A DNA stretch of 64,000 nucleotides, taken from positions 2,144,001 to 2,208,000 of the forward strand of contig OY821645.1 in assembly GCA_963682135.1 (NCBI GenBank). The letters run 5' to 3'. Below are positions 19,617 through 29,593 of this stretch, in pieces. The notes beneath the pieces were generated by a model. It made no database searches, was not told where the DNA came from, and saw only the letters and a list, made by a program, of their open reading frames with translations. Every line of letters begins with the position of its first letter. Position 1 is the stretch's first letter. The DNA comes from Methanothrix sp. Its GTDB lineage: Archaea; Halobacteriota; Methanosarcinia; Methanotrichales; Methanotrichaceae. Position numbers and translations under genes: made by a program.

Positions 19617-20765
19617 TCAGGCCAGTCTATCCGGCCACACACCATGTACTACACCCAGCGCCCTGTCTACTGAGCCATGAACTCTGTCTGCTGAAAATCC
19701 ACAGAACAGGAGATATGCTTCCGCGTAATTTGGCACAGGCACAGACATCTGCTCCACAAGCATGACGGTCTGCATGATGGTAAAATCGCCCAGCTTAAAG
19801 GGAATTATTGCATCGGAAAAGAGCAGCTCAAAAATCTCCGGGCTTATCGGCCTTTCAAAGGCGGATGAAAAGGCCTCCAGAATTTCGCCAGTCCACTCGT
19901 GCTTCCTTCCTGCATCTTCATAGGGAATTATCACAACGCGCCTGGTCTTGGCGAGCTGCTCAAGCAGCATCTTGGGGTCCTGCTCTCCTTCAAAAACAAA
20001 ATTCAATTGATGCACATGCGGCATGGTAATGGGAACCTTGCTGGCTCTGATCGAGAACTTCACGTCCTTGAAAACAGTTGCTGCATCTTTTCCTTGATGG
20101 CCCACACCACTTCCGAACTCAATTGCGTTGGGAGACATCTTGACGATGTTTTGCGGGTCCCCGCTTCTGCGATCCAGGTTGCCCAAGACGGCCCGAAGTC
20201 CAAGCGGCCTCGCGGCCAGTACAGCTCTGCATAAGGAGGTTGTGTTACAGCTGGTGCATTGGATAAGTCTTGGAGATGCCTTGAGAAATCGATCGTAATT
20301 CTCCAGTCCGAAGAAGAACTCTCTTCCCAGATCTTCCTTTATCTTCTCCGCTATCCCGATGTTCTTCTCGGCCAAACCATTTAGTATATCGCCTCTCTGG
20401 GCACCGCCCATCAGCACCATGCTGCAATCGTGAGCTATGCTCGCTTCAACATAAGGTAGCTCCTGCCCTTCAGGAGTTCCAATGATGACTACATCCGATT
20501 CCTCAAAGAAATCGCCATAGCCGCCCACTATTCTGATCCCAAGGCTCTCCCAAGCGGCCCGGTCCCGTTCATCGGTCAAGAAGGCTCTTACATCGCACAT
20601 CCTTGTAAACTTGCGAAGCATGCTCTTGGCCCTGGCATGAGGACTGCGAAGCAGCACATTCATATCGCCGCCAATTCCTTCAGCTTCCTTGACTTGGTGG
20701 ATGGCAGGAATAGCCCTCTTGCTCTCTGTACCATCAAAGCCGACAATTCCAACATTCAATTTCAT
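19617..20765 (-). CDS. Divergent archaeal (type II) GAPDH-like protein
   Basis: SCNTT catalytic motif, RRSGDP, HQGKDA, VPITMPHVH; atypical nucleotide-binding loop. Confidence 0.75.
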   Translation of the reverse strand: MKLNVGIVGFDGTESKRAIPAIHQVKEAEGIGGDMNVLLRSPHARAKSMLRKFTRMCDVRAFLTDERDRAAWESLGIRIVGGYGDFFEESDVVIIGTPEGQELPYVEASIAHDCSMVLMGGAQRGDILNGLAEKNIGIAEKIKEDLGREFFFGLENYDRFLKASPRLIQCTSCNTTSLCRAVLAARPLGLRAVLGNLDRRSGDPQNIVKMSPNAIEFGSGVGHQGKDAATVFKDVKFSIRASKVPITMPHVHQLNFVFEGEQDPKMLLEQLAKTRRVVIIPYEDAGRKHEWTGEILEAFSSAFERPISPEIFELLFSDAIIPFKLGDFTIMQTVMLVEQMSVPVPNYAEAYLLFCGFSADRVHGSVDRALGVVHGVWPDRLA

Positions 20766-21088
20766 AGATCAATCACGAGGAGTATCTTATAGCAGGAATT
20801 ATTTTAAATTTTCTAGAATGTTTCATACAATCCTAAGCAGATATTCTGTCACTCTCGAAGCCGGGCCCAAGACTTGTTGATATCAGCAATGTGGAAGAAT
20901 TTGGTGTCACGAGCGTGGAAAGGTCTGGCCAAATATGTTATCCATTCGAAATTATGATCCAAATTTCAAATCTTGCTGGACAGTAAGGTGATAAATTAAC
21001 CAAATGATATATAATTCCTACATTTTACAATAACACACTACGGCCCATACTGGCATGAGTATAAAAAAGAAAAAATTTATTGATTTAT

Positions 21089-22381
21089 TCAAGCTGACTT
21101 CGGCGGTTTTACCATTACAAAAGCCACGACAATGCCCACAGCCGCCAGGACTGCCACGTACGGGAATACATTGACGTAGCCTCCCAGCATGTCTTTGGCA
21201 GCGCCTGCCATTAGGTTTCCTATGATGGCGCCAACACCGTAGGCGGTAAAGACCAGTCCGTAGTTTCGGGCGTAGTCCTTGGTGCCGAAATAAGTCGCCG
21301 TAGCTGCCGGCGCAATAGCCAGCCAGCCACCTAGACACAGCCAGAGTGCTGCGAAGGCAATCGTGTACATCGTGATTGATGCCGGATTAGTGTACATCAG
21401 CAGGGAAGCCGCGATGATGATCACATAGGACAGAATAGCCGTCCTGGGAGGCGTGAGCTTGTCTGTCAGAGTGCCGAAGATCGGTCTGCCCACAGCATTA
21501 CAGAAGGCGAAGGGAAGCACCAGATTTGTCAATGCAACCGAGATATTTGCCTCGGCAATTCCTGCATTGGCTGCTACTTCCAGGCCGGCGGGCTTGGCAA
21601 CGCCAATAGCCATAAGGCCAGCCAGTGCACCGATCACATAGCAGATCCAGAGGCCATAGAAAGCCTTGGTCTTGGACATCTCGTCCCTAGTGTAATCGCT
21701 CTTCTTTCCTCCAGCAGCTGCTGCAGGTGGCTTCCAGCCAGCAGGACACCATCCGGCAGGTGGGAAGACTAGAGTCATGGAAAGAAGCACAATAAGGATC
21801 AGAAATGCTATGCCCAAGATCTTCATGGAAGCGAAGACTCCCCCGAAGCTAGCTGATAGTATATCCGACATCTTGCCGGTGATGAACGCGGAGAAGCCGA
21901 AGCCCAGAAGGGTTAATCCTACCGCCAGGCCGCGCTTGTCAGGGAACCATCTAGCAGCAGTTGTAATGGGGCAATTATAGGCTATGCCCACACCAATGCC
22001 GGCAATGACTCCGTACAGGATCATAAGCATCATCGGCGAGGTGGCCGTGGACCCTAAGATCCAGCCCAGGCCGACGATAACGCCGCCCAGCATACCCACC
22101 TTTCTCGGTCCATATTTCTCAATGTATTTGCCTACCAACGGCATGGTCAGAGCAAAGAATGCCAGGGATGCGATGTAAGGAAGCGACATCTCCATGGCGC
22201 TTACGGTTAAACCAAAGCCACCATCAGCAACAGGAGAAGTAAATATCTTTTTTAGTGGAACGCTAATTATACTATAGGCATACACTGCACCAAGACAAAG
22301 CTCGATAATTGTTCCGATAATAATCAGCAGCCATCGTCCGGATTCGGGTGGCATGCCCAATATCTTCACATCATCTGCCAT
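21089..22381 (-). CDS. OFA-family (oxalate/formate antiporter-like) MFS transporter
   Basis: LGAVYAYS, GIAYNCP...RWFPDKRGLAVG, YFGTKDYARNYG; 12 TM. Confidence 0.9.
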   Translation of the reverse strand: MADDVKILGMPPESGRWLLIIIGTIIELCLGAVYAYSIISVPLKKIFTSPVADGGFGLTVSAMEMSLPYIASLAFFALTMPLVGKYIEKYGPRKVGMLGGVIVGLGWILGSTATSPMMLMILYGVIAGIGVGIAYNCPITTAARWFPDKRGLAVGLTLLGFGFSAFITGKMSDILSASFGGVFASMKILGIAFLILIVLLSMTLVFPPAGWCPAGWKPPAAAAGGKKSDYTRDEMSKTKAFYGLWICYVIGALAGLMAIGVAKPAGLEVAANAGIAEANISVALTNLVLPFAFCNAVGRPIFGTLTDKLTPPRTAILSYVIIIAASLLMYTNPASITMYTIAFAALWLCLGGWLAIAPAATATYFGTKDYARNYGLVFTAYGVGAIIGNLMAGAAKDMLGGYVNVFPYVAVLAAVGIVVAFVMVKPPKSA

Positions 22382-22784
22382 AAGTTACACACCTTTTTAT
22401 CTCAGAGTGTTCTCAATCAATACAAACAAATAATATAATAAGTATTACAACCATTAACTCTAATAATATTTCTCATTAATCCCTCCTTATTCTCTCCCTA
22501 ACCTTTGATGATTATTCAATGGCTTGGACCTAATTTTGTCTCTCATATATTTAAATTTGGCGGCAATTATCGCGATTATAGATTATAAAATTACACATAT
22601 CGCAAAAATACAGGAGTCAATTTGCATCTTATCCCATGCACATGCTTATGATCTAAAAAATTTGCCATAATCGCGCGAGATTATATATCGCTATCGACAA
22701 TGGCGAATAGATCCATTTGCAAACCATCGTTAATGGCAATCTCTTTTAAGGGGAATGGAGAATAACCGAAGAGGTGATGCTAAT

Positions 22785-23354
22785 ATGCTAAAGGCCAACC
22801 CCAAGACATCATGGAACAGCAATGAATGCATGCCAACGGTTGCAGCAACGGCCTTTGTGGATGAATCCGCAATGGTCATAGGTGACGTGCGTATCGGCGA
22901 AGAGGTTTACGTGGGCCCTTGCGTATCTTTGCGGGCGGATGAAGCCAATCCCATCATCATTGGCGATAAGTGCAATGTACAGGACGGCGTTGTCTTCCAC
23001 GGCCTTATGGGAAGCTCCATAACGCTGGGAAAACAGATTTCCATCGCCCATGGTGCCGTAATTCACGGACCCATGAAGATAGGGGATGAGAGCTTTGTGG
23101 GCTTCAACTCCGTGGTTCATGCCTCAACACTGGGCAAGAAGTGCTTTGTCGGCCACGCGGCAGCAGTCGTAGGCGTTACTCTGGCGGACGGCAAGTTCGT
23201 GCCGCATGGCGCCCTGGTTGATACGCAGGAGAAGGCCGATCTGCTGGGACCAGTTCCTGAGAACCTCAAGCACTTCAATGAGGAAGTAGTAGAGGTTAAC
23301 CGCGAGTTTGCCAGAAGCTACAGAGTCAGAAAGAAATCCTGCGTGGGCGATTAA
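22785..23354 (+). CDS. Gamma-class carbonic anhydrase (CamH-like)
   Basis: Hexapeptide repeats, LRADE, NVQDGVVFHG, IAHGAVIHGP (three His ligands); no signal peptide. Confidence 0.88.
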   Translation: MLKANPKTSWNSNECMPTVAATAFVDESAMVIGDVRIGEEVYVGPCVSLRADEANPIIIGDKCNVQDGVVFHGLMGSSITLGKQISIAHGAVIHGPMKIGDESFVGFNSVVHASTLGKKCFVGHAAAVVGVTLADGKFVPHGALVDTQEKADLLGPVPENLKHFNEEVVEVNREFARSYRVRKKSCVGD

Positions 23355-23469
23355 GCGCGGAGAACTTATTCGAAAATCTCAAATTAAATCCTTTTTTCTC
23401 CGTTCCCATCGGACAAGAAATATATACATCCCTAGCCCTAAGCCCCACTCTAACTTTAGGTGATTTATA

Positions 23470-24498
23470 ATGGCAAAGATCAAAGCTGGCGTCTTAGGTG
23501 CCACTGGTGCCGTGGGGCAGCGCTTCATTGAAGGATTGAAGAACCATCCCTGGTTTGAACTGACTAGCCTTGCCGCTTCGGAAAGAAGCGCGGGCAAGAA
23601 GTACAAAGAAGCCGCCAAGTGGCGCCTGGAGAGTGAACTTCCCGATGATGTCGCGGAGATGACCGTAGTCAACGTCGATCCGCGAGAAGTCGATGCGGAT
23701 ATTGTCTTCTCTGCGCTTCCCGCCGCAGATGCTCAGACGGTTGAGCCTGCCTTCGCGGCTGCGGGCATGGCTGTAGCCAGCAATACCAGCTCTTATCGCA
23801 TGGTGGAAGATGTGCCACTGCTCATACCGGAATGCAATTACGAGCACCTGGATCTCATCAAAGTGCAGCGGGAAAAGAGGGGCTGGGAGGGATACCTTAC
23901 CACCAACCCCAACTGCACCACGGTCATGTTCACCCTGCCACTAAAGCCGCTCATGAAGTTCGGCATTCAGAGCGTGCATGTGGCGTCCATGCAGGCCGTG
24001 TCCGGAGCAGGATATGAGGGCGTACCCTCCATGGCCATCCTGGGCAACGTCATTCCCTACATCGGCGGCGAGGAAGAGAAGGTAGAGACTGAGCCGCAGA
24101 AGATCCTGGGGCGCTTTGACGGCGAAAAAATCGTGAACGCGGAGTTTTCCGTCAGCGCCAGCTGCCATCGCGTACCGGTCATGGACGGGCACACAGAAGC
24201 CGTCTGGGTAACCATGAGAGATAATCCCACACCAGATGAAGTCAAGAAAGCCATGCAAAACTTCGATGCCGGCCTGGGAGATCTACCAACCTCGCCCAAG
24301 AAGGCGATCATCGTCAAGGATGAGCCGGATCGACCCCAGCCCAGACTAGATCGAGGCCGCGGCAACGGCATGGCCGTCTCCGTGGGACGGATCAGGTCGG
24401 GAATCAGGTTCATCTGCATGGGCCACAACACCGTGCGCGGCGCAGCGGGTGCCAGCATTCTCAATGCCGAATTGCTGGTGAAAAAAGGCCTGCTTTGA
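23470..24498 (+). CDS. asd: Aspartate-semialdehyde dehydrogenase
   Basis: [34 protein letters not shown]. Confidence 0.96.
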   Translation: MAKIKAGVLGATGAVGQRFIEGLKNHPWFELTSLAASERSAGKKYKEAAKWRLESELPDDVAEMTVVNVDPREVDADIVFSALPAADAQTVEPAFAAAGMAVASNTSSYRMVEDVPLLIPECNYEHLDLIKVQREKRGWEGYLTTNPNCTTVMFTLPLKPLMKFGIQSVHVASMQAVSGAGYEGVPSMAILGNVIPYIGGEEEKVETEPQKILGRFDGEKIVNAEFSVSASCHRVPVMDGHTEAVWVTMRDNPTPDEVKKAMQNFDAGLGDLPTSPKKAIIVKDEPDRPQPRLDRGRGNGMAVSVGRIRSGIRFICMGHNTVRGAAGASILNAELLVKKGLL

Positions 24499-25460
24499 TG
24501 CTGATTGTTGCTTGGGAGGTGACGGCAGCCTGCAATCTATCCTGCGGCTACTGCCGCGCCTGCGCCTCCTCTCTGCCTGATGCAGATGAGCTTTCCACAG
24601 AGGAGGCACTTTCCTTTCTGGACAGCATTGCCGCTTTAAAGCCCATGCTAATTTTAAGCGGGGGCGAGCCCTTGCTGCGGCCCGATATCTTCCAGATAGC
24701 ACGCCACGGAAAAGCGTTGGGCATGCGTGTCTCTTTGGCCAGCAATGGGACCACCATTACACCGCTGGTGGCAGACGAAATTGCCGCCAGCGGCATCTCG
24801 CGAGTCAGCATCAGCCTGGACGGCGCGTCGTCCGAGAAGCATGATCTGATTCGCGGCGAGGGTAGCTTTCAGGCAGCCATGCGAGGGATAGAGAATTTGC
24901 GCGGTAAGGTCGACTTTCAGATCAACAACACCCTCACCAGCAAGAATGAGTCAGATGTGGCAGCAATCTTAGATCTGGCCCAAAGAGTGGGGGCCTGTGC
25001 CCTGCACTTCTTCTTCCTGGTGGCCACTGGCAGGGGCCGGGAAGCAGATCTCATCTCGCCGGAGCGGCAGGAGCAGCTTCTCCGAGAAATCGACAAAGAG
25101 CGAGACCTTCGGCCTTTGGAGGTGCAGGTCACCTGCGCGCCCCAGTACGCTCGCATAGCCAGGCCGGGAAGAAGCCGCGTCGGCGGCTGCCTGGCTGGCA
25201 AGAGCTTCGTCTTTGTCTCCCGAAAGGGCGATGTCTATCCCTGCGGCTATTTACCTCTGCAGGTTGGAAACATCAGGGAAAAGAATTTTATAGAGATATG
25301 GGAGAATGCTAAACAGCTCGTGGCACTAAGAGAGAGAAATCTCAAAGGAAAATGCGGACGATGCAGTTATTCCTCCATCTGCGGAGGCTGCCGGGCACGA
25401 GCCTATGCAAAAACGGGCGATTTCCTGGGAGAGGACCCGGCCTGCCGCCTGGAAGTGTAG
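24498..25460 (+). CDS. ahbD: Radical SAM/SPASM heme synthase AhbD-like
   Basis: AWEVTAACNLSCGYCRA, TCAPQYAR, GCLAG, CGGCRARAY; adjacent to ahbA. Confidence 0.72.
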   Translation: MLIVAWEVTAACNLSCGYCRACASSLPDADELSTEEALSFLDSIAALKPMLILSGGEPLLRPDIFQIARHGKALGMRVSLASNGTTITPLVADEIAASGISRVSISLDGASSEKHDLIRGEGSFQAAMRGIENLRGKVDFQINNTLTSKNESDVAAILDLAQRVGACALHFFFLVATGRGREADLISPERQEQLLREIDKERDLRPLEVQVTCAPQYARIARPGRSRVGGCLAGKSFVFVSRKGDVYPCGYLPLQVGNIREKNFIEIWENAKQLVALRERNLKGKCGRCSYSSICGGCRARAYAKTGDFLGEDPACRLEV

Positions 25461-25462
25461 CC

Positions 25463-25912
25463 ATGGATGAGGTCGATTTAGAGCTGCTTTCTGCCGTGCA
25501 AGACGGTTTTCCCATAACGTCCAGACCGTTCCAGGATTTGGGAGAGGCCCTGGGGCTGGAAGAAGATGAGGTAATACTGCGTTTGGCTGGCCTGCAGAAG
25601 GACGGACTGGTGCGCCGGATCGGGCCAATTCTTGATTTGCGCAAATTGGGTCGCAGCGGAATCCTGGCAGCTCTAAAGGTATCACGAGAAGATGCAGACA
25701 ACGCAGCGAGGATCATTAATGAATATCCCGAGGTCTCGCATAACTACCTGCGACCAGATGAGAGCGGCTACAATCTCTGGTTCACCGTGTCGGCCTCGGA
25801 GAAGAGAATCCAGGAGATATTGCAGGAGATCAGGACCAAGACGAGCAGAAAGATGCTTGTGTTGCCCACTGTGCGCATATTCAAGATCGGCGTTAAATTC
25901 GACATAATTTGA
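25463..25912 (+). CDS. ahbA: Siroheme decarboxylase subunit (AhbA/NirD-like, Lrp fold)
   Basis: QDGFPITSRPF, VSHNYLR, YNLWFT, FKIGVKF. Confidence 0.85.
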   Translation: MDEVDLELLSAVQDGFPITSRPFQDLGEALGLEEDEVILRLAGLQKDGLVRRIGPILDLRKLGRSGILAALKVSREDADNAARIINEYPEVSHNYLRPDESGYNLWFTVSASEKRIQEILQEIRTKTSRKMLVLPTVRIFKIGVKFDII

Positions 25913-26000
25913 TAATTTGATATACCAGGAAGAGCATCGGTTACATCGACCCAATGCCCGGGCGGCCGGGCGAGGCGGATAATCAAGGAGCGGATATATT

Positions 26001-26270
26001 ACGGCTAAACCGATTCTGATGGACTTTTATGCGGACTGGTGTGGACCATGCAAGATGCAGGGCCCCATCTTCGATGACCTGGCTAAAGACTACAGCGATA
26101 AGGTGGAGTTTAAGAAGATCAACGTGGATAAGGAAGGCGATCTGGCCGCGGAGAAGGGCATCATGGTTGTACCCACCATCATATTGGAGAAAGAAGGCAG
26201 AGAAGTGCAGAAGTGGATGGGCGTCACGACCAAGGAAGAGTTGATAAAAGCCATCAACAAGGTTCTGTAG
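26001..26270 (+). CDS. trxA: Thioredoxin
   Basis: DFYADWCGPC and VPT motifs; first ATG at 26019, but an in-frame ACG at 26001 gives (M)AKPILMDF. Confidence 0.9.
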   Translation, partial: TAKPILMDFYADWCGPCKMQGPIFDDLAKDYSDKVEFKKINVDKEGDLAAEKGIMVVPTIILEKEGREVQKWMGVTTKEELIKAINKVL

Positions 26271-26318
26271 AGAGACCCGAAATGCAAGCACGCCGCAAGA
26301 AGGGGAATTAGAAGGAAA

Positions 26319-27287
26319 ATGGCAGGAGGAGACTATTGCCTGGAGGCGGTGCGAAGGATTAACAGTCGGGGTGGCCTTGCACCTCATCTCTCCTTACGCT
26401 TCGACTCTCACCTCTTTTCCATAGATACCAGCCGTGCTCCCAAAGCCAGTGTGCAGCCCGATGCCTATCTCATAACTCATGCCCACAGCGATCATTACGG
26501 AAAGTCGGCCATGAACTCCCCGCAGGCCGTGGCCTCCGTGCAGACGGCACGCGCTTTGGAGATTCGCTATGATCGGGAGTACAAAGGCCGAACCTTCGAG
26601 GTTGGGAGAAGCATTATTGTTGATGATGTGAAGGTGGACACTCATGCTACCGGTCATACCATTGGATCGACCGCTTTTTCCTGGCAGACGGAGATGGGAG
26701 AGAAGGTGCTGGTGACAGGAGACGTAAAAGACTACCATCATCTTCCAAAATGCGATTTCCTGGTCTCGGAAGCCAACTACGGCGATCCCTATGATCCGTC
26801 CTGCATCTTTGAGGATGACCTGGCCGGATTTTCCGAAGCTCTGGAAGACGGGGCAAGCTTTGGTGCCTATGCCTTCGGCAAAGCCCAGCGGGCGGTGGCT
26901 CTCATGAGGGCCATGGGCTACAAGGATGAGATCGGCATGGACGAGAAGAGCCTGGTTCTGACACGAGAGCTGATGAAAGATGCTGCCGGGCCGCTCACCG
27001 AGGTAAATGGGGATATATCCAATGTGGTCACCCCCTGGAATTTGCACCAGGTGCATTGTCGCAATAAATACTTCCTCACCGGAAGAAGGGATACGTCTTA
27101 CCCCACCATTCAACTGAGCGATCACCTGGACTTTCGCGGCCTGATGAAGATGATCGAGCACGTCTCGCCCAAAGAGGTGCTGGTCTACCATCCCGCTGGA
27201 GAGAGGTCCAGCCTGCTGGCGCACCATTTGCAGGAGTGCGGCCTGGAGACGACATCGTTGGACCTGATTGAGAAGTTCGTGCGATAA
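26319..27287 (+). CDS. MBL-fold beta-CASP-type hydrolase/nuclease
   Basis: THAHSDH, GHTIGS, TGD, EANYG, FGKAQ, SDHLDF, VLVYH. Confidence 0.85.
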   Translation: MAGGDYCLEAVRRINSRGGLAPHLSLRFDSHLFSIDTSRAPKASVQPDAYLITHAHSDHYGKSAMNSPQAVASVQTARALEIRYDREYKGRTFEVGRSIIVDDVKVDTHATGHTIGSTAFSWQTEMGEKVLVTGDVKDYHHLPKCDFLVSEANYGDPYDPSCIFEDDLAGFSEALEDGASFGAYAFGKAQRAVALMRAMGYKDEIGMDEKSLVLTRELMKDAAGPLTEVNGDISNVVTPWNLHQVHCRNKYFLTGRRDTSYPTIQLSDHLDFRGLMKMIEHVSPKEVLVYHPAGERSSLLAHHLQECGLETTSLDLIEKFVR

Positions 27288-27306
27288 TCAGTTGGAGGCA
27301 AAGCAT

Positions 27307-28254
27307 TTGGTAGACCTCTTCGGCAAAAAGAAGCTGGAAGATCGCATTTTGGAGCTGCAGGCTCTATTGGCCAAGCAGGAGGGCGAAAAGGAGGAGCTTC
27401 TGCGAACCCTGGAAAAGCGGGACGAGAAGATGCGCAAACTCACTTCAGCCAATCAAGAAGCCAATTTAGCCCTTAAAGCTGCTGAGCAAAAGGCTGCCGC
27501 GATCTCTTTGACCTCGGCACCGGCGCAGGCCGTAACTGATGCATATGATGGGCAAAAGACAAAGGCAAGAAAGCTGAGCAGAAGAGAGATGCTCCACCTC
27601 CTGGAGAGGCTCAAGACCTGCCGCTCTCCCAAAGATGACCTCCTGGCATCATATTACCCAGGTACCGCTGCAGAGGACGACGCTATCCCTTCGCAAATCA
27701 AGAAGGCGGCTTCTGCCATCAAGTCCCGGCGAGGCGGAATAATCCTGCACAGTCCCCTGCTCTTCACCCTGCTGCTCATCCCACCTTTTCCCATCCAGGA
27801 GAGCCTTACTAGGGAAGGGAGCGCCTTTGTCCTCGATCCTCTGGAGGAGATGATGGATACACCCGTGCTCGTCGCCCTGGCCCATGCCGGAGAGACCTTC
27901 CTGGGGGTGGCCTTAAGCCACGAGGGCTTTCTGGCGGAAGAGATGGTGGAAAGCTCGGTAATGGGAAAGCACTCCAAAGGCGGGTGGAGCCAGAAAAGGT
28001 TTGAGAGGCTGCGTGAAGAGGAGATCAAGAGCCACGCAGATCTTACTGCGGAAAAACTGGCAGCCTTGATGGGCAAATATAAAGCCCTCCTCAAATATGC
28101 TGTGCTTTCCGGCGATGAGAGCCTCATTCGCCAGATCGCTCCCGCAATCGAGCTGCCGCTGGTAGAGAGAACGCTTTCTCACCACGAGGAACGAAAGACA
28201 AAGGAACTCTTGGAAGAGGTTTATGGCTTTACCTGTTATAGACTTGATATTTAG
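27307..28254 (+). CDS. Archaeal Vms1/ANKZF1-like (VLRF1) release factor homolog with N-terminal coiled coil
   Basis: GKHSKGGWSQKRFERLR signature; GGAGG RBS before TTG 27307. Confidence 0.85.
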   Translation: MVDLFGKKKLEDRILELQALLAKQEGEKEELLRTLEKRDEKMRKLTSANQEANLALKAAEQKAAAISLTSAPAQAVTDAYDGQKTKARKLSRREMLHLLERLKTCRSPKDDLLASYYPGTAAEDDAIPSQIKKAASAIKSRRGGIILHSPLLFTLLLIPPFPIQESLTREGSAFVLDPLEEMMDTPVLVALAHAGETFLGVALSHEGFLAEEMVESSVMGKHSKGGWSQKRFERLREEEIKSHADLTAEKLAALMGKYKALLKYAVLSGDESLIRQIAPAIELPLVERTLSHHEERKTKELLEEVYGFTCYRLDI

Positions 28255-28278
28255 ACCCATTTTCCGGAAGGGCGGGAA

Positions 28279-29118
28279 ATGAACGACCACACTGTGGAAA
28301 TGAAAGAGGGAGAGGGTCCGGAAGAGCTCGCCCGTGCCTGGGACTGGCATGTGCGAAGAAAAGCCGCCTGGAGCGCGGACACGCCTGAGAATATCCTGGA
28401 TGCGCTGGCCAGAGACAAGGTGCAATGGGTGAGGGAAGCCGTCGCCGGCAATGCCCGAGCATCAGCGCAGGCGCTGGCACGGCTGGCGGAGGACAGTTCG
28501 GGATATGTGCGGGCGGCGGTGGCATTGAATCGCCGCGCCAGCAGCGAGCTATTGGAGATGCTGGCGGCTGACGAGATGGTGGACTACGACTGCACTCTGC
28601 AAAAGAACCGTTATCTTGTAAAGGAGGCAGCGGCAAAAAGTCCGCAGGTCAATTCCCGGACACTGGACTTTCTCGCCAGAGATGCCGAGGAGCATGTCCG
28701 AGCGGCAGCGGCACAAAATCCCCTGCTGTCCGCGCAGTCGATGAGCAAGATGGTCAAGGATATTTTCTGGGAGGTGCGAAACAACATTGCCCAAAATCCG
28801 TCCACGCCTGAGGATTTGCTCATCTACCTCTCCGCCGACAGGATCATGGACGTGCGGGCAACAGCTGCGCAAAATCCCCGCACGCCCGCGCAGGCGCTCG
28901 CGGCTCTTGCAGCCGACAGGAGCTGGGAGGTCAGGGAAGCGCTGGCCCGCAACGAAAAGCTGGAAGGCAAGATACTGGATGAGCTTGCCGGGCACTGGTC
29001 CTGGATGGTGCGGGCGGCGGTGGCGGAAAATCCCAACACACCCGCAGGGACTCTGAAACGGCTGGCAGAGGATCAGGATCAGAGCGTTCAAAAGGCGGCG
29101 CGGGGGAGGATGGGGTAG
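28279..29118 (+). CDS. LRV/HEAT-like repeat protein
   Basis: About ten 24-aa repeats of LAxD....VRxAVAxNPxTP. Confidence 0.85.
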   Translation: MNDHTVEMKEGEGPEELARAWDWHVRRKAAWSADTPENILDALARDKVQWVREAVAGNARASAQALARLAEDSSGYVRAAVALNRRASSELLEMLAADEMVDYDCTLQKNRYLVKEAAAKSPQVNSRTLDFLARDAEEHVRAAAAQNPLLSAQSMSKMVKDIFWEVRNNIAQNPSTPEDLLIYLSADRIMDVRATAAQNPRTPAQALAALAADRSWEVREALARNEKLEGKILDELAGHWSWMVRAAVAENPNTPAGTLKRLAEDQDQSVQKAARGRMG

Positions 29119-29297
29119 GAGATAATGCCAGGCAATTCAATATGAAATAAAAGAAATCTATACCATTCAAATCAGCTTAAATCTTCTTTTAATCCTAAAT
29201 AATTAGCAGCTCTCTTTTGCTATTATTTTTAATTCGTCATTTAGATATTAAAAAAATTTCGGATATTGCAATAGTTTCTAGATATCAGCTTTTGTAT

Positions 29298-29528
29298 TTA
29301 TTCATTTTCTGGTTCTTCAACTATGTCCATATCCATAGATTCAGCCAGGTCATCGATCAAAGGCCCAAGCTTCTCCTTCATCTCAGGCTTCAGTTCAATC
29401 ATCTTAAAGAATATCAGCATCTTGCTCGACATGCAGATATCCTCAAGCTCTGCATTGATTCCTTCCAGGTTATCGTTGATGGAGGCAAGCGTTTCGGCGA
29501 TCTCTTTCATGGTTTCATCTTTTGACAT
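29298..29528 (-). CDS. Small acidic hypothetical protein
   Basis: 76-aa ORF with ATG start, co-oriented with the upstream cluster. Confidence 0.6.
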   Translation of the reverse strand: MSKDETMKEIAETLASINDNLEGINAELEDICMSSKMLIFFKMIELKPEMKEKLGPLIDDLAESMDMDIVEEPENE

Positions 29529-29593
29529 CTATCTAACACATCCCTTTCTGTCCTTTGCCAACTTTAGCAAATAATTGTATCTATGATTGCATT

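Noticed and set aside
25930-25980. Small GC-rich hairpins upstream of thioredoxin as an ncRNA or riboswitch
   Set aside because: Stems are short and mismatched, with no family resemblance I can support.
28279-29118. Periodic DNA repeats as a possible CRISPR array
   Set aside because: The periodicity comes from degenerate 24-aa protein repeats; there are no identical direct repeats with spacers.
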